From contig OZ024741.1 in assembly GCA_964016885.1 (NCBI GenBank), positions 89,838,001 to 89,902,000 on the forward strand: a stretch of DNA of 64,000 nucleotides, read 5' to 3'. This DNA comes from Eledone cirrhosa (Eukaryota). Position numbers and translations under genes: made by a program. Below, piece after piece: positions 11,649-24,182 of this stretch; position 1 is the stretch's first letter; every line of letters begins with the position of its first letter. The notes under the pieces are model-generated. The model searched no databases. It was not told the DNA's origin and saw only the letters and a list, made by a program, of their open reading frames with translations.

Positions 11649-14120
11649 GGTGAAGAGGGTTATATTTGGACACCCTGTGGGATGAAATACAAGACCCGGC
11701 AAAGGGCGGGGGAACTCAGCAGAGTCAACAGCCATCCAAATTGTAGGATTTTTTCCGTTTTTTTGTTTTTTTTCACCTGGGAGTGAAAGGCTCCCAGTTG
11801 TTGTCACAACACCTTTCTAAGAGAGGGAAATTGAAAAAAAAACCTGCAGCTTCGGAAGCATCCGATGATGTTGACCAGTTATCCTTTTCGGGTAGTGTTT
11901 TCGATGTTCAGAGAGTGGGATTGGTCGAGTGCAAGGCATTGCTTGTTCAGGATATGTTACAGGTTCGTGTGGCTGGCGGTAACCTAAAAGTGCACCATTT
12001 TCTGTAATTTGAAAAGCGATTGCAATACTCTTAGCAGAGTTTGCAGCCATCATGTATATATAATGTATGTGTATTTAGATGTATGAATATATATGAGTCT
12101 CTGAAGGAATTGACTGAAGATACCACGTAAGTGATTTCGAATCTCTGGTTCTGAAAAACAGCCAGAGAGGCAGTAGTTATGTGATGCGCATGGAAAGAGG
12201 ATGTTGTATGGAGAACTGGCCAATGGAAAGCGACTACTTCATAACCAAGGAAGCTACATAAGGACTGTTTTAAAGAGTCACTTATACGTACTAACATCAA
12301 TATTGCAACGTGGGTAACTGAAGTCTATGATAGAAGTAAATGGAGAAATATCGTTTATGAAGGAAAAATTGATTTCGAGACATCTTCAGTAGAACACGAG
12401 CAATTTAAAAGGGATGTCAGAAAGAGTCTTGTGTCGATTTACCACAATAAATCGACAGCAAAATGGTTTGACATGCGAAATCTATAACAGATTCTGCTTC
12501 AGTAAGGATGGTAAGAAACGTTTTCTTCGCAGTCATCAATATAGAGCTTCTGCTGATTACCAAATCACTATGGCCGGAAATAAAACATACATATGCAGAA
12601 CCTGTGGAAAAAATGCAGGTCTGATGGTGGCCTAAAAAGACACAAAGTACATAATGTACCTGAAGCGGCCAATAATGTTATGTCGAGTGTGTTGTACACC
12701 TGTCAACTAATCAAAATACTGTAAGTCACTTGCAGGCCTAAAAAGCCATATTCGTTCGCAACAACCACACGTTTCAAGCTGATGTCGTTTGATAGCCACA
12801 CCCGTTAACGAGGTGGCTACCATCATGTATGTATGTATTTATGTTTATATCAGGTCGCTCTTCAGCACTACTGGTAACATGTACAATCTGTGCATGGTCG
12901 GGTCGTCGGTGACAAAGCCGGCAACCCCACCAGGCTTGCTTGGTGAGCAGGGTGAATTTGGACAACTAGCAGGATGAAAAACAAAACCCGTGAAAGGGCG
13001 GAGGAGCTCAGGAGAGTCAACGGCCATCCAACAGATTTTTTTATTTTTATTTTTTTGTTGCGAAGCCAGAAACTCCTAGTCTTCATTAAGACTTATCTCT
13101 CGGAGAAGGTCACTCTGATATAAAATCTGCGACATCGTTTGCATCCAATGATGTAAATCAGTTCTTCTTTTGGGGCAAAAGCATTCAATGTTTAGAGAGT
13201 GGGATTGACCTCGTGCAAAGCCTTTCCTCACTTAAACAAACTTCAAGCACTTGATATGTGACATTTTTGTAATGTATGGTATTGCTGGCCATGTGCAAGT
13301 CATTGTGATACTCATGTTTAAGTATCAAGCGATGGCTTAACTTAAAATCGAGTTGCAGCCATTATGTATGTATGTATGTATGTATGTATGTATGTATGTA
13401 TGTATGTATGTATGTATGTATGTATGTATGTATGTATGTATGTATGTATGTCCAGGTTTGTGCTACTGGTAACATGTATCCCAGTACAACCTGTCTCATG
13501 GTCGAGTCGTTGGCGACTAAACTGGCAACCCCACCAAGATTTCTTGGTGAGGAGGGTGACTTTGGACATCCTGCAGGACTAAAAACAAAACCTGTCAAAG
13601 GGCAAAAGAGCTCTTAAGAGTCAATGGCCATCCAAAATCACCGGGAGAGATGACCCCTTAGCCTTTGTCAAGGCAGAATTCTAGGAGAAGGAAAACTCTG
13701 ATATAACACCTGCAACCCTGATGGTATCCAATGATGTTGACTTGTTCTTCTTTTTGGTACATATCATCTTGGTTAAGAGAGTGGGACTGGCTTTGTGCAG
13801 TGCCTTTGCTCACTATAAAAGCTTCACGGCACAGGCATTGCTTTATATTTGGAGATCTCTCTGCACTTGTCGTCACATGGTACCATGGGCCCAGCACTAT
13901 GTGTCAATAACTGTCACAAGTGTAGTGTTTGTACCAGAGTTTTCAAGTCGCTGGCTGGACTAAAAAGTCACATTTGTTCAGCGCATGGGTAGGGGTTCTC
14001 CTACATGGATATAAAGTTGTGGCCGTACTCGAAAACGAGTTGGCAGCCACTATGTATGTATGTATGTATGTATGTATGTATGTATGTATGTATGTATGTA
14101 TGTATGTATGTATGTATGTA
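11649..14120 (+). mobile_element. Head-to-tail chain of RTE-related elements: 11649-12055 (short derivative), ~12110-12845 (decayed autonomous 3' end with zinc fingers), 12849-13365 and 13450-14053 (short derivatives), with (TATG)n-type tails
   Basis: Every unit ends in GAG-x-GGC/TGC-AGCCA-type sequence (GAGGTGGCTACCA in the second) followed by ATGTAT. The two untruncated short units share a 5' end CAGGT..CTACTGGTAACATGTA..GGCAACCCCACCA. Unit 13450 encodes a remnant HKCSVCTRVFKSLAGLKSH. Confidence 0.75.
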
Positions 14121-14255
14121 TAGGCTTGGTTACGCAAACGAGAGAAATAAAACTCACTACTCAACTCAGTACAGTGTCATATACTTTATTTATTATAGTC
14201 GCGAAGTGACTCAAGAGCCTAGATTTTGTGATAAGTGGTTTGTTGTATTATGCAC

Positions 14256-14318
<63 letters not shown>

Positions 14319-14348
14319 AAATCAAAAGATGGTTAAAAGAGTTCCATG

Positions 14349-14419
14349 TATTTTATTATGCGCATTTCAAAAACAAATATCATCATGGGATGATATTTGC
14401 GTTCTCATCAGATAAAATA
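14349..14419 (-). ncRNA. Type-I hammerhead ribozyme
   Basis: Reverse complement of the motif at 17081-17151. Confidence 0.8.
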
Positions 14420-14926
14420 GGGAGACATGATGTGAAGCTTAAAAAACACTCGCGAGCAGTGAAGTGTCAAATCTACATATGAAAAATAAAATAAGAGGGA
14501 GATGTATGAGATTGGAAAAAAAGGAAAGGAAGAGGGAAAGAAAAGGTAAGGAAGAGGAAGAAGAAATATAGATAGAAGAAAAAAATATAATAATAAGGAA
14601 AGGATGACGGAGGAGGAGTATAAGAAGGAAGGATGAGAGAACTTTCCATAAAGTATACAGCTAATATCTTACTACCTAATTAGTTTAAAATCTCTTTCTC
14701 AAACACTTTTATATTTTTTTACAAATATACCCATCTTTCTACCTTATTTCAGTATATTATACAATATTACTCATACTATGTCGTTAGCTGTCCCCAAAAT
14801 GTTCTTCTTTTTTTAATTTCTAATCTTTAATCTGCAGCTTTTACTCCTCAATTACTTCTTAATTCATCTTATAACTCACTATAACATTTTCCTTATATTC
14901 TCGGCCATACACATTTTTATTTTTAA

Positions 14927-16360
14927 CTACCATTAAAGCCCGGCGTTGCTCGGGGTCAGTAAGTTACCAAAGTTAGGTTGCACCACCCATTTTATGGCAG
15001 CACTTTTTTGTCTGCCAGGCACTGGGTGAATGAATTGCAGACCTGGAAGCAGGAGCTGCGCCAGCAGTGACAATTGTAGTTTCGCCTATGGATATTATCT
15101 CTGTGCAAAAAAGTGTTGAAATGTATTGTTTCACAATACTTGCGCAACACGCGTGTAGACGATGCCAGCCGAACAACAGAGCTGCGATGGAGTTGTTCTG
15201 CATGGTTGTCTGTGTGTTTTCTAAATTTAAGACAGTAGGGAGGGTTGTGATATGAGGGAGAGTTAGCTGTTGTTTCTAGCAGGTTTAGTGACCTCATAGA
15301 GGATATGTGTTTTCTAAATTTAAGACAGTAGGGAGTGGTGTGATATGGGGGAGAGTTAGCTGCTGTTTCTAGCAGGTTTAGTGACCTCATAGAAGATATG
15401 TTTTCTAAATTTAAGACAGTAGGGAGGGGTGTGATATGGGGGAGAGTTAGCTGCTGTTTCTAGCAGGTTTAGTAACCTCATAGAGGATATGTGTTTTCTA
15501 AATTTAAGACAGTAGGGTGTGGTGTGATATAGGGGAGAGTTAGCTGCTGTTTCTAGCAGGTTTAGTGACCTCATAGAAGATATGTTTTCTAAATTTAAGA
15601 CAGTAGGGAGGGGTGTGATATGGGGGAGAGTTAGCTGCTGTTTCTAGCAGGTTTAGTGACCTCATAGAAGATATGTTTTCTAAATTTAAGACAGTAGGGA
15701 GGGGTGTGGTATGGGGGAGAGTTAGCTGCTGTTTCTAGCAGGTTTAGTGACCTCATAGAGGATATTATTGTTTATCATTATCTATAAAAGGCAGATTGTT
15801 GTTGTTGTTGAAGTGAGTGTGTGTTTGTATGCGTTTGGAAAAGAGGATTTTAAATAAATCATTAAGTTTGAAGCAACTAAAAGTTAGTGTGGTTATAAAT
15901 CACGCACGTTGTTTAATTGCTTTAAATGTTTTTTTATCATTTGAAGTGAGTGTGTGTTTGTATGCGTTTGGAAATAAATCAGTAAGTTTGAAGTATAAAA
16001 GAGAAAGTAGCAAAATGTGTGGGTTGTAGATAGAGGGAAGCAAATGATATGAGAGAGTAAAACGGACAGTATCACCATCAAGCTTGGAAAGAGAAAGTAG
16101 CAGAAAGTATGAAGTTGTATAGATTTTGAATGGTAGTGGAAAGAGTTTGGCAGTTTAAATGACAGAGAAAAATCGTAAAATATTGAGTTTTATCTATTTT
16201 TTGCGTAATTGTGGGTGAAATTGAAAAAATGAGATGTGCCAAAACGCAATCGAAACTATTTCGAATACTGAATTGTAAATTTCAATTGAAGAAATTCTAT
16301 ATCGTAGATTTCTATAAGAAAGGAGCATGACCACACACTGAGCTTTATAGATTATGATGA
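14927..16360 (-). mobile_element. Non-autonomous Helitron-like element containing a ~91-bp x6 tandem array
   Basis: Minus strand begins A|TC..ATCTATAAAGCTCAGTGTGTG and ends with the hairpin CCCGAGCAACGCCGGG then GTAG|T. No TSD. Confidence 0.6.
15213..15764 (+). repeat. Tandem array, ~91-bp unit x6
   Basis: Unit GTTTTCTAAATTTAAGACAGTAGGGAGGGGTGTGATATGGGGGAGAGTTAGCTGCTGTTTCTAGCAGGTTTAGTGACCTCATAGARGATAT. Confidence 0.95.
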
Positions 16361-17080
16361 TATATACTAATATTACCATTAGAGAAATTTTGTAAACATA
16401 TTTTATTGACGTTTTTTTTCTTTCTTCTCTCTTTCCATGCTCGTATTAACTCTATTATTTACTTTTTCCTATTACAATATATAGAAACAAACTCTGACCC
16501 TAATTAATTCCTCTAAGTTCATAACTCATTTAACCTTATCTTCATTCACCTTATCTTCATTCACCTTATCTTCTTAATATATTTTATTTTAATAATACAT
16601 TTTAATAAATTCCTTTTCGCACATCTTATTAAACCCTTCAATATATAAACCTTAAATAAATAGTATTCTTAATTCCTTTTTCTTTAATGATAAGCATCAC
16701 CATTCATAAACCTCATTAACTTTTAATTTCTTAATTTTTTTAAAAAATTATGTATTATCTTACAACGGTTTTTTTTTTTTATTTTTCTCTGTGAGACAGT
16801 GTTTCTCAGTATTAAAAGTTATCTCTCTCTCTCTCTCTCTCTCACTCATTTTCTCCTCCTCTCTCATCCTTCCTTCTTATACTCCTCCTCCGCCATCCTT
16901 TCCTTATTATTATATTTTTTTCTTCTATCTATATTTCTTCTTCCTCTTCCTTACCTTTTCTTTCCCCCTTCCTTTCCTTTTTTTCCAATCTCATATATCT
17001 CCCTCTTATTTTATTTTTCATATGTAGATTTGACACTTCACTGCTCGCAAGTGTTTTTTAAGCTTCACATCATGTCTCCC

Positions 17081-17151
17081 TATTTTATCTGATGAGAACG
17101 CAAATATCATCCCATGATGATATTTGTTTTTGAAATGCGCATAATAAAATA
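17081..17151 (+). ncRNA. Type-I hammerhead ribozyme
   Basis: TATTTTAT-CTGATGA-GAACG-CAAATATCATC CCAT GATGATATTTG-TTTTT-GAAA-TGCGCA-TA-ATAAAATA. Confidence 0.8.
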
Positions 17152-17271
17152 CATGGAACTCTTTTAACCATCTTTTGATTTTATATTAATTATACTCCAG
17201 TCCCATAAACTGTTGAGTGCTACTTATCCGATATTTGCATTGCTTTATTGTGCTACAATAAAACTCACCTC

Positions 17272-17345
<74 letters not shown>

Positions 17346-17633
17346 CGTTTGACCTGTTTAGCTTGCTTCGTTTTTTCGTTTCGGTGGCCGATGGCTCCAT
17401 GACCGCCGTTTTCAGTTTATTTGGCCTCTAAAACCTATGTTAATTGTTCTGGTCTTCCTTTAGTCCATTGAGCGCTTGCCACATATCTCGAAAATTGCGT
17501 TTCGCTTTGTTTTTCACCACTGCCGAAATTCGATCTTGCTGAAGTTATATATATATATACACATATACATACATACATACATATATCTATATCTATATAT
17601 ATATATATATATATACATACATATACATATATA

Positions 17634-18825
17634 CAGGGTACGGACGGTATTTGAGGACAGATTTATGGTATTAAATAAACGCTTATATAATAACAGAAAA
17701 AAACTGTATTCTTATAAAAATAATATAAACATAAAGCTAAATTATCGATTTAATAATTTCATTCAATAAAACCACCATAAGCATCAATAACTGCCTCTAC
17801 ACGGGGTCGAAATCGTTTGCAAGTTTGGATTAAGTGGTCCTTGTTCATATCGGACATGACTCGAATTATGGCGGCTTTCAAAGAATCTTTGGTGCTATGA
17901 GGGTGTTCATTGACATTTTTCTCAACGATGCTCCATACATAGAAGTCCAGTGGATTGAGATCTGGAGAATTAGGAAGCCAAATGTTGGGGATGATGTGAT
18001 CATCCAAATTGTCAGCCATCCATTCTTGTGTCATTTGAGCCTTGTGTGAGGGTGCAGAATTTTGTTGAAAGACATAAGGCCTTCCATTGCATACACTGTT
18101 GATCCAAGCTTAACAACTTTATCCAGAACCTCAATATATGCAGCAGCATCACCCTAAGGCCTTGTGGAAAAAAGTGAGGAGGCATCACTTGTCCTTCATT
18201 GCTAACAACACCCAAAACCATGACACGTGCAGGAAATTTTGTGTGCATTACTCTTGGAACCTCAGAAGGGTCTGCACATAGCCACCTGTCATTTTTTCTG
18301 TTAGTTTTCTGGTCCTGGTCAAAGTTTTTCTCATCTGAGAAAAACCAAATCATACCATCTTCTGATGGATTTTTAAGTTTGTTTAAAAGTCTTTTGGATC
18401 TGATTAAACGCTTTTCTTTTGTTTTTTTCTGACATGAATTGACCTGTTCTCCTCACGTAAGATTTGTATCTGATGTCTTCATGCTCAACATTTCTGATTG
18501 TTTTTTCTGACACACCAAAATATTTTGCAATTGACCTCATTGATTTTCCTGGATTGTCATCAATGTTTTGCTTAACTTCCTGAATAAACTCAGGTGTCCT
18601 GATAGAATCAGAGCTTCCATCTTCTTTCTCTAACTCACACCGAATCTTGTGGACAAAAGATCTTGCAACTTTCAGAAAACGAGAAATTTCACAATCACAG
18701 CATGCCTTTTCATTTCATTAGTAAGCATAGTTATTTTCATTGTTATTTTCTGAAATGGAAATTCAATAAAAATTAGTCAAATAAAACGACTAAAACTACA
18801 TGTGTCCTCAAATACCGTCCGCACC

Positions 18826-18828
<3 letters not shown>
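17634..18828 (-). mobile_element. Tc1/mariner-superfamily DNA transposon, DD37D (maT-type), inactive
   Basis: 26-bp TIRs CAGGGTRCGGACGGTATTTGAGGACA with TA TSDs. Frameshifted transposase FSDEKNF...VFQQNSAPSH-(37 aa spacing)-NSPDLNPLDF; the second catalytic D is mutated to N. Confidence 0.9.
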
Positions 18829-18902
<74 letters not shown>

Positions 18903-19120
18903 TATGTGTGTGTGTGTACACACAGACATACACACACGCAGTCATCCACACACACACACACAGTGATCCCTACGCACGCGCAGATAACCCCGTACACACT
19001 CGGCAGCTAATACTACTAATACTCATTAAACCTCAACTACTGCTGCCAATGCTCGCATCTTTTGTGCCTATTACAACTAAACACCAAATAACATTACGAA
19101 CTCATCCCACCTCACACACC

Positions 19121-19203
<83 letters not shown>

Positions 19204-19208
<5 letters not shown>

Positions 19209-19386
19209 AACGAGTAGGAACCCGACGGCTGAGCTCAAGCCGTTTCGACGGCTAATTCTGGACAGAATTAGCCGTCGAAATGGCTTGAGCTCAGCCGTCG
19301 GGGTCCTACTCGTTCCTATTACCCACTCTACTACCCTAAGTATTGAGTACTTTGGTGCGTTATGGTCCACCTGGTTCCTTACCACT
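19204..19386 (+). repeat. Short hairpin-head element: ~57-bp inverted arms with 2-nt spacer plus ~67-nt tail, in (TA)n
   Basis: 19204-19260 pairs with 19263-19319. Relatives at 1336-1470 and 21539-21716. Confidence 0.8.
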
Positions 19387-19643
19387 TTTCCTTCGTTATA
19401 TATTATATATATATATTATATATATATATTATATATATATATTATTCAGTTGGTGAAAGTTGGTTGATCAAATAATGTAGCACGAGAACCAGCAACATAT
19501 CAATGGATAGTAAAATACATTTTACATCATCCGATAAAAACGTGCTAGGGGGTTAATTTAGAACCACTCTGATATCTTTGAAATATGCATAATAGAATTA
19601 TGTAATAAAATGAAGATGTACGAATAAATCTATCTCTCTTATT

Positions 19644-19686
<43 letters not shown>

Positions 19687-19814
19687 CGTGTGTGTGTGCG
19701 CGCTAATGCACCCGTGCAAGTACCACCTCAAACAGCACACGAACACATCCACCAACACACCCACTCACATACACCTGCACATGAGCACATGAACACGCAC
19801 ACAGACGCACACAC

Positions 19815-19866
<52 letters not shown>

Positions 19867-20027
19867 GCCGCCCTGCGCGCGCGAGGTTGACTCCATACAC
19901 GCACGGCCAGCTACCACTACTTATACTCACTAACCTCTCACAACTATGGATAGAACACCCGCACATTCTATAACTAACATCATTAACATTACTAACTCAC
20001 CCCACAACACATTTTTGCGCATATATA

Positions 20028-20250
20028 CAGGGTGGACTCCCAAAACGTACACACACTTTGATTACCTGTACAGGCAATATTTATTAGAATGCACAACCTT
20101 TCCCCAAAATAAGATGATCTACAGACATAATTCAATTGTATGTAAACACTCAAAAATGTTTACATAATTTAAATAATGCATATAAAAGGAAATTTATTTT
20201 AATGCATTTTTTAAAGATTTGGTTGTGTATATAGTTTTTGGGACACCCTG
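20028..20250. mobile_element. Tc1/mariner-type MITE, decayed
   Basis: Imperfect TIRs CAGGGTG..CCCAAAA..TAYAC; preceded by TA. Confidence 0.55.
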
Positions 20251-20456
20251 AATATATGTGTGCTTGTACATCTGCATGCGCACGCACACCAACACTACCT
20301 CCACCAGCACCAACACCACAAACAGCATATACACACACCAGCACGTGCACCATCACTTTCGCCACCACCCCCACCACCACCACTGTCAATGCCACCATCG
20401 CCTCATCATTCGTACCATTCGTATCTAGCGGTGCCCACTCTGTCATATATATCAGT

Positions 20457-20548
<92 letters not shown>

Positions 20549-20967
20549 AGCCAACGATTCGACACGCCACCCTCTGCTGTTTTCTTGTTCAACTGCAGAA
20601 TGTACCTTAAGCTGTTGCTGCCATATTTACCCAACAGACAGACTGCAGTTGTCTACAGACAGTCAGACAAACAGACAGACACGTTGAAGAATTAAAGGCC
20701 CTAGAAATAACTGTCAGCTTACCACGTTCTCTGAACCTCTGAGGAATGTTTTAGAAAATAATAAGAACGAAATAAAAGATAAAAAAGGTAAAAAAAAAAA
20801 GAAAGAAACTGTAAGAAAAGAAAACAGGAGATAAAGCAGTAATTTATTTTGTGGGGTGGGGGACGAGAATTCTTTCTTTCGTTCCTCGAGAACCTTCTGC
20901 CACTTCAGGGGTGGTGATACTGAAGTTTTCTATTTTTGTCCACCATCATTCCTTCAACAAGTGTGTA

Positions 20968-21054
<87 letters not shown>

Positions 21055-21158
21055 TGTGTTTTGCGTGTGTGTATGATTGCGTTTATACGTGTCTATGTGC
21101 TTGTGCGAATACACGTACACACACACATACACATATATATTATATATATTTTTGTGTA

Positions 21159-21198
<40 letters not shown>

Positions 21199-21326
21199 TT
21201 TATCCCGGGTTCAATCGGGGCTAAGCACAGTAAGTAATGTACTCAATACATAGCAGAGTATAAATATTTAATATAGAAATTGCTTCTTTAGAACTAGAAT
21301 TGTTTCATTCAGGAGAAAGCATCCGG

Positions 21327-21375
21327 GCTTCCTGATGATTTCTCCCGAATGAAACAGTTCTAGTCCTGTAGAAGC
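21327..21375 (+). ncRNA. Type-I hammerhead ribozyme within a small fold-back (21271-21386)
   Basis: GCTTC-CTGATGA-T-TTC TCCC GAA-T-GAAA-CAGTTCTAGTCCTG-TA-GAAGC. A decayed inverted copy lies at 21282-21326. Confidence 0.7.
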
Positions 21376-21538
21376 CATTTCTATATATTATATATATATA
21401 ACCGATATAAAAGACACAGAAGCGAAAACCAACCAAACAGTGAATATGTTCTGTTATTAATTCTGGCAATATTATTACACAAATATGACACTCCCCAAGT
21501 ATAACAATATATATATATATATATATATGAAAATGTAT

Positions 21539-21716
21539 GACCCCCGACAGCAGAGCTCAAGCCGTTTCGACGGCTATTCCACGACTAGAAATAGCCGCCG
21601 AAACGACTTGAGCTCTGCCGTCGGTCGGGGGCATACATTTCCTATTACCCACTCTACTACTCTAAGTATTGAGTACTCTGGTGCATTATGGTCCATCTGG
21701 TTCCTTACCACAACTC
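21539..21716 (+). repeat. Third copy of the hairpin-head element
   Basis: GAGCTCAAGCCGTTTCGACGGCTA...TAGCCGCCGAAACGACTTGAGCTC plus the shared tail. Confidence 0.75.
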
Positions 21717-21960
21717 CTTCGACTGTCGTCAAAAAGAACCGAGGAAACAATGTTTCCATCGGTCTTTCAAGTGGCTAATACTATCTATCGGTCGCAACTC
21801 CAGGTAGAAGGAGCAATGTGAAATAAAGTGTCTTGCTCAAGGACATAACGCATCGCCCAGTCCGGGAATCGAACTCGCAACTCATGATTGTGGATCCAAT
21901 TCTCTAACCAATCAGCCACACGCTGTATTTACAATTGTTAATACTGTAAATAAACCCTAT

Positions 21961-22211
<251 letters not shown>

Positions 22212-22733
22212 TATTAAAAAATGCGTGTCTGTGTATGTATGTACCCCCCCCCCCCCTTTTTTTGTTGTCTTTTTTTGTCTTCTTTTCTTGAGTTTTTTCC
22301 TTCTAAAAATTTTTTATTTCTAATTTATTGATACATTTTTATAAGTATGTCGAGATTGACACTTTCCTTTAATTACTATACTCCCTTACCTCTTTTACTT
22401 CCGCATCTAAATGTAAGTGTGTGTGGGCGTGTTTATGTGAGCGCCTCAATATTCATATACTTATGATGTATCTATTCCGTCTGTTGATTACAGACATACG
22501 GATACATTAGCCCTAAATTTTAGATTTACACACACTTTTTCACTATACGTATACATATGAGCATACACATATATGCACATCTGTGAGCGTATTTACATAC
22601 ATATACACACACCTAACTATATTTTCTTGTTAGATTTTTTTGTATTTCAATCTATATTTCATTGGTCTATTCAAAATCTGTTCCCAAACAGACCTATTGT
22701 ATTGAATTGTTGTTATTATCAATAAACAAGCAT

Positions 22734-22872
22734 CATTATTTCTGAAGACAGCATATATGTGTGAAGGTATGTATATTCCCTCTGATAGTTTGTATAATTT
22801 TGTACATAGATCTTTTGAATATGCATACCAATTCTAACACATATATGTCCTAGAAACGATCGTAAAATAATG
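22734..22872 (+). ncRNA. Type-I hammerhead ribozyme with ~104-nt stem II
   Basis: CATTATTT-CTGAAGA-[CATATATGTGT/ACACATATATG; GGTATGTATATTC/GAATATGCATACC]-GAAA-CGATCG-TA-AAATAATG. (TA)n follows ~60 nt downstream. Confidence 0.7.
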
Positions 22873-22935
22873 AACTTTTTTTTGTTTATTATAGGGAACT
22901 GTTTCTTTGTTTATTCATTATTTTTTAATAATTTA

Positions 22936-23090
<155 letters not shown>

Positions 23091-23101
23091 GTATATATAT
23101 G

Positions 23102-23132
<31 letters not shown>

Positions 23133-23157
23133 GTATATATATATATGTATATATATG

Positions 23158-23194
<37 letters not shown>

Positions 23195-23211
23195 GTATAT
23201 ATATATGTATA

Positions 23212-23392
<181 letters not shown>

Positions 23393-23397
23393 GTATA

Positions 23398-23486
<89 letters not shown>

Positions 23487-23701
23487 GTCGTTTCTGAATT
23501 TGTTTAGCAAGATTCTTTATCTGAAATCGTGTGTTGAAACCGATATTGTTATACTTTGGGAGGGTCATGTTGCCAATAAGAAACACACGCACCAGTTGCT
23601 TTCACTTCAATTTAATTTATTATATATTTATAAATTTACAAATTTATAAATTTCTGGTTGGTTGGTTGGTTCCACAACCAGATAGTTGTTTATATATATA
23701 T

Positions 23702-23746
23702 AGTCATAGTTCTTTCGTCACACACTCTGTGACCTCTTCAGTGACT
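23702..23746 (-). ncRNA. Minimal type-I hammerhead in inverted pLTR of copy A
   Basis: Minus strand reads AGTCA-CTGAAGA-G-GTCACA GAGTG TGTGAC-GAAA-GAAC-TA-TGACT. Confidence 0.85.
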
Positions 23747-24182
23747 GGGGATTTCTTTCTTCGTTTCTGTGCCTTTCTTTTCTTCTATCCTACGCCATTT
23801 TGTTTGTGTGTGGGTTGCGTGCTCAGTTTGCGCATGCGCCACATCCGGGTGTCTGTGTGTGTTTGTGTTCATTTTTCTATTTTTCTATTTATATTTTTCT
23901 ATTTGTTTGTTTATTTATTTATTTATTGTTGGTTGGTTGTTTGTTCTATGTGTGTGTGTGTTTTCATTTTGTCTTGTGTGTGTTTTCATTTTGTGTGTGT
24001 TTTCAATTGTAAGTTGTTTGTTCTATGTGTGTGTGTGTTTTCATTTTGTCCTTAATTGTAAGTTGTGATGTTGCTGTTCCACTCATATTTTCTATTTAAT
24101 TTTGGTTTTAATTCTTTTATGCTTACTGCCTCTGTAATTTGCCTAAACATTGCGTCTTTCTTGTGTGTGGATTCTATATGTG

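Larger units (their letters stand above)
14312..17186. mobile_element. Fold-back element with ~330-bp inverted arms (14312-14640 / 16860-17186), each with a hammerhead; Helitron nested inside
   Basis: The arms are reverse complements with few mismatches. The left end abuts (TA)n. Confidence 0.8.

Noticed and set aside
13450-13530. Possible HDV-like ribozyme at the 5' end of the RTE derivatives (CCAGT..GTCG/CGAC-TAA-ACTGG)
   Set aside because: I could not place P1, P3 and L3 in the required nested double-pseudoknot order; simple hairpins explain the pairing. A descriptor search would settle it.
15213-15764. Regular repeats suggesting a CRISPR array
   Set aside because: Whole units repeat with no unique spacers, there are no cas genes, and the context is eukaryotic.
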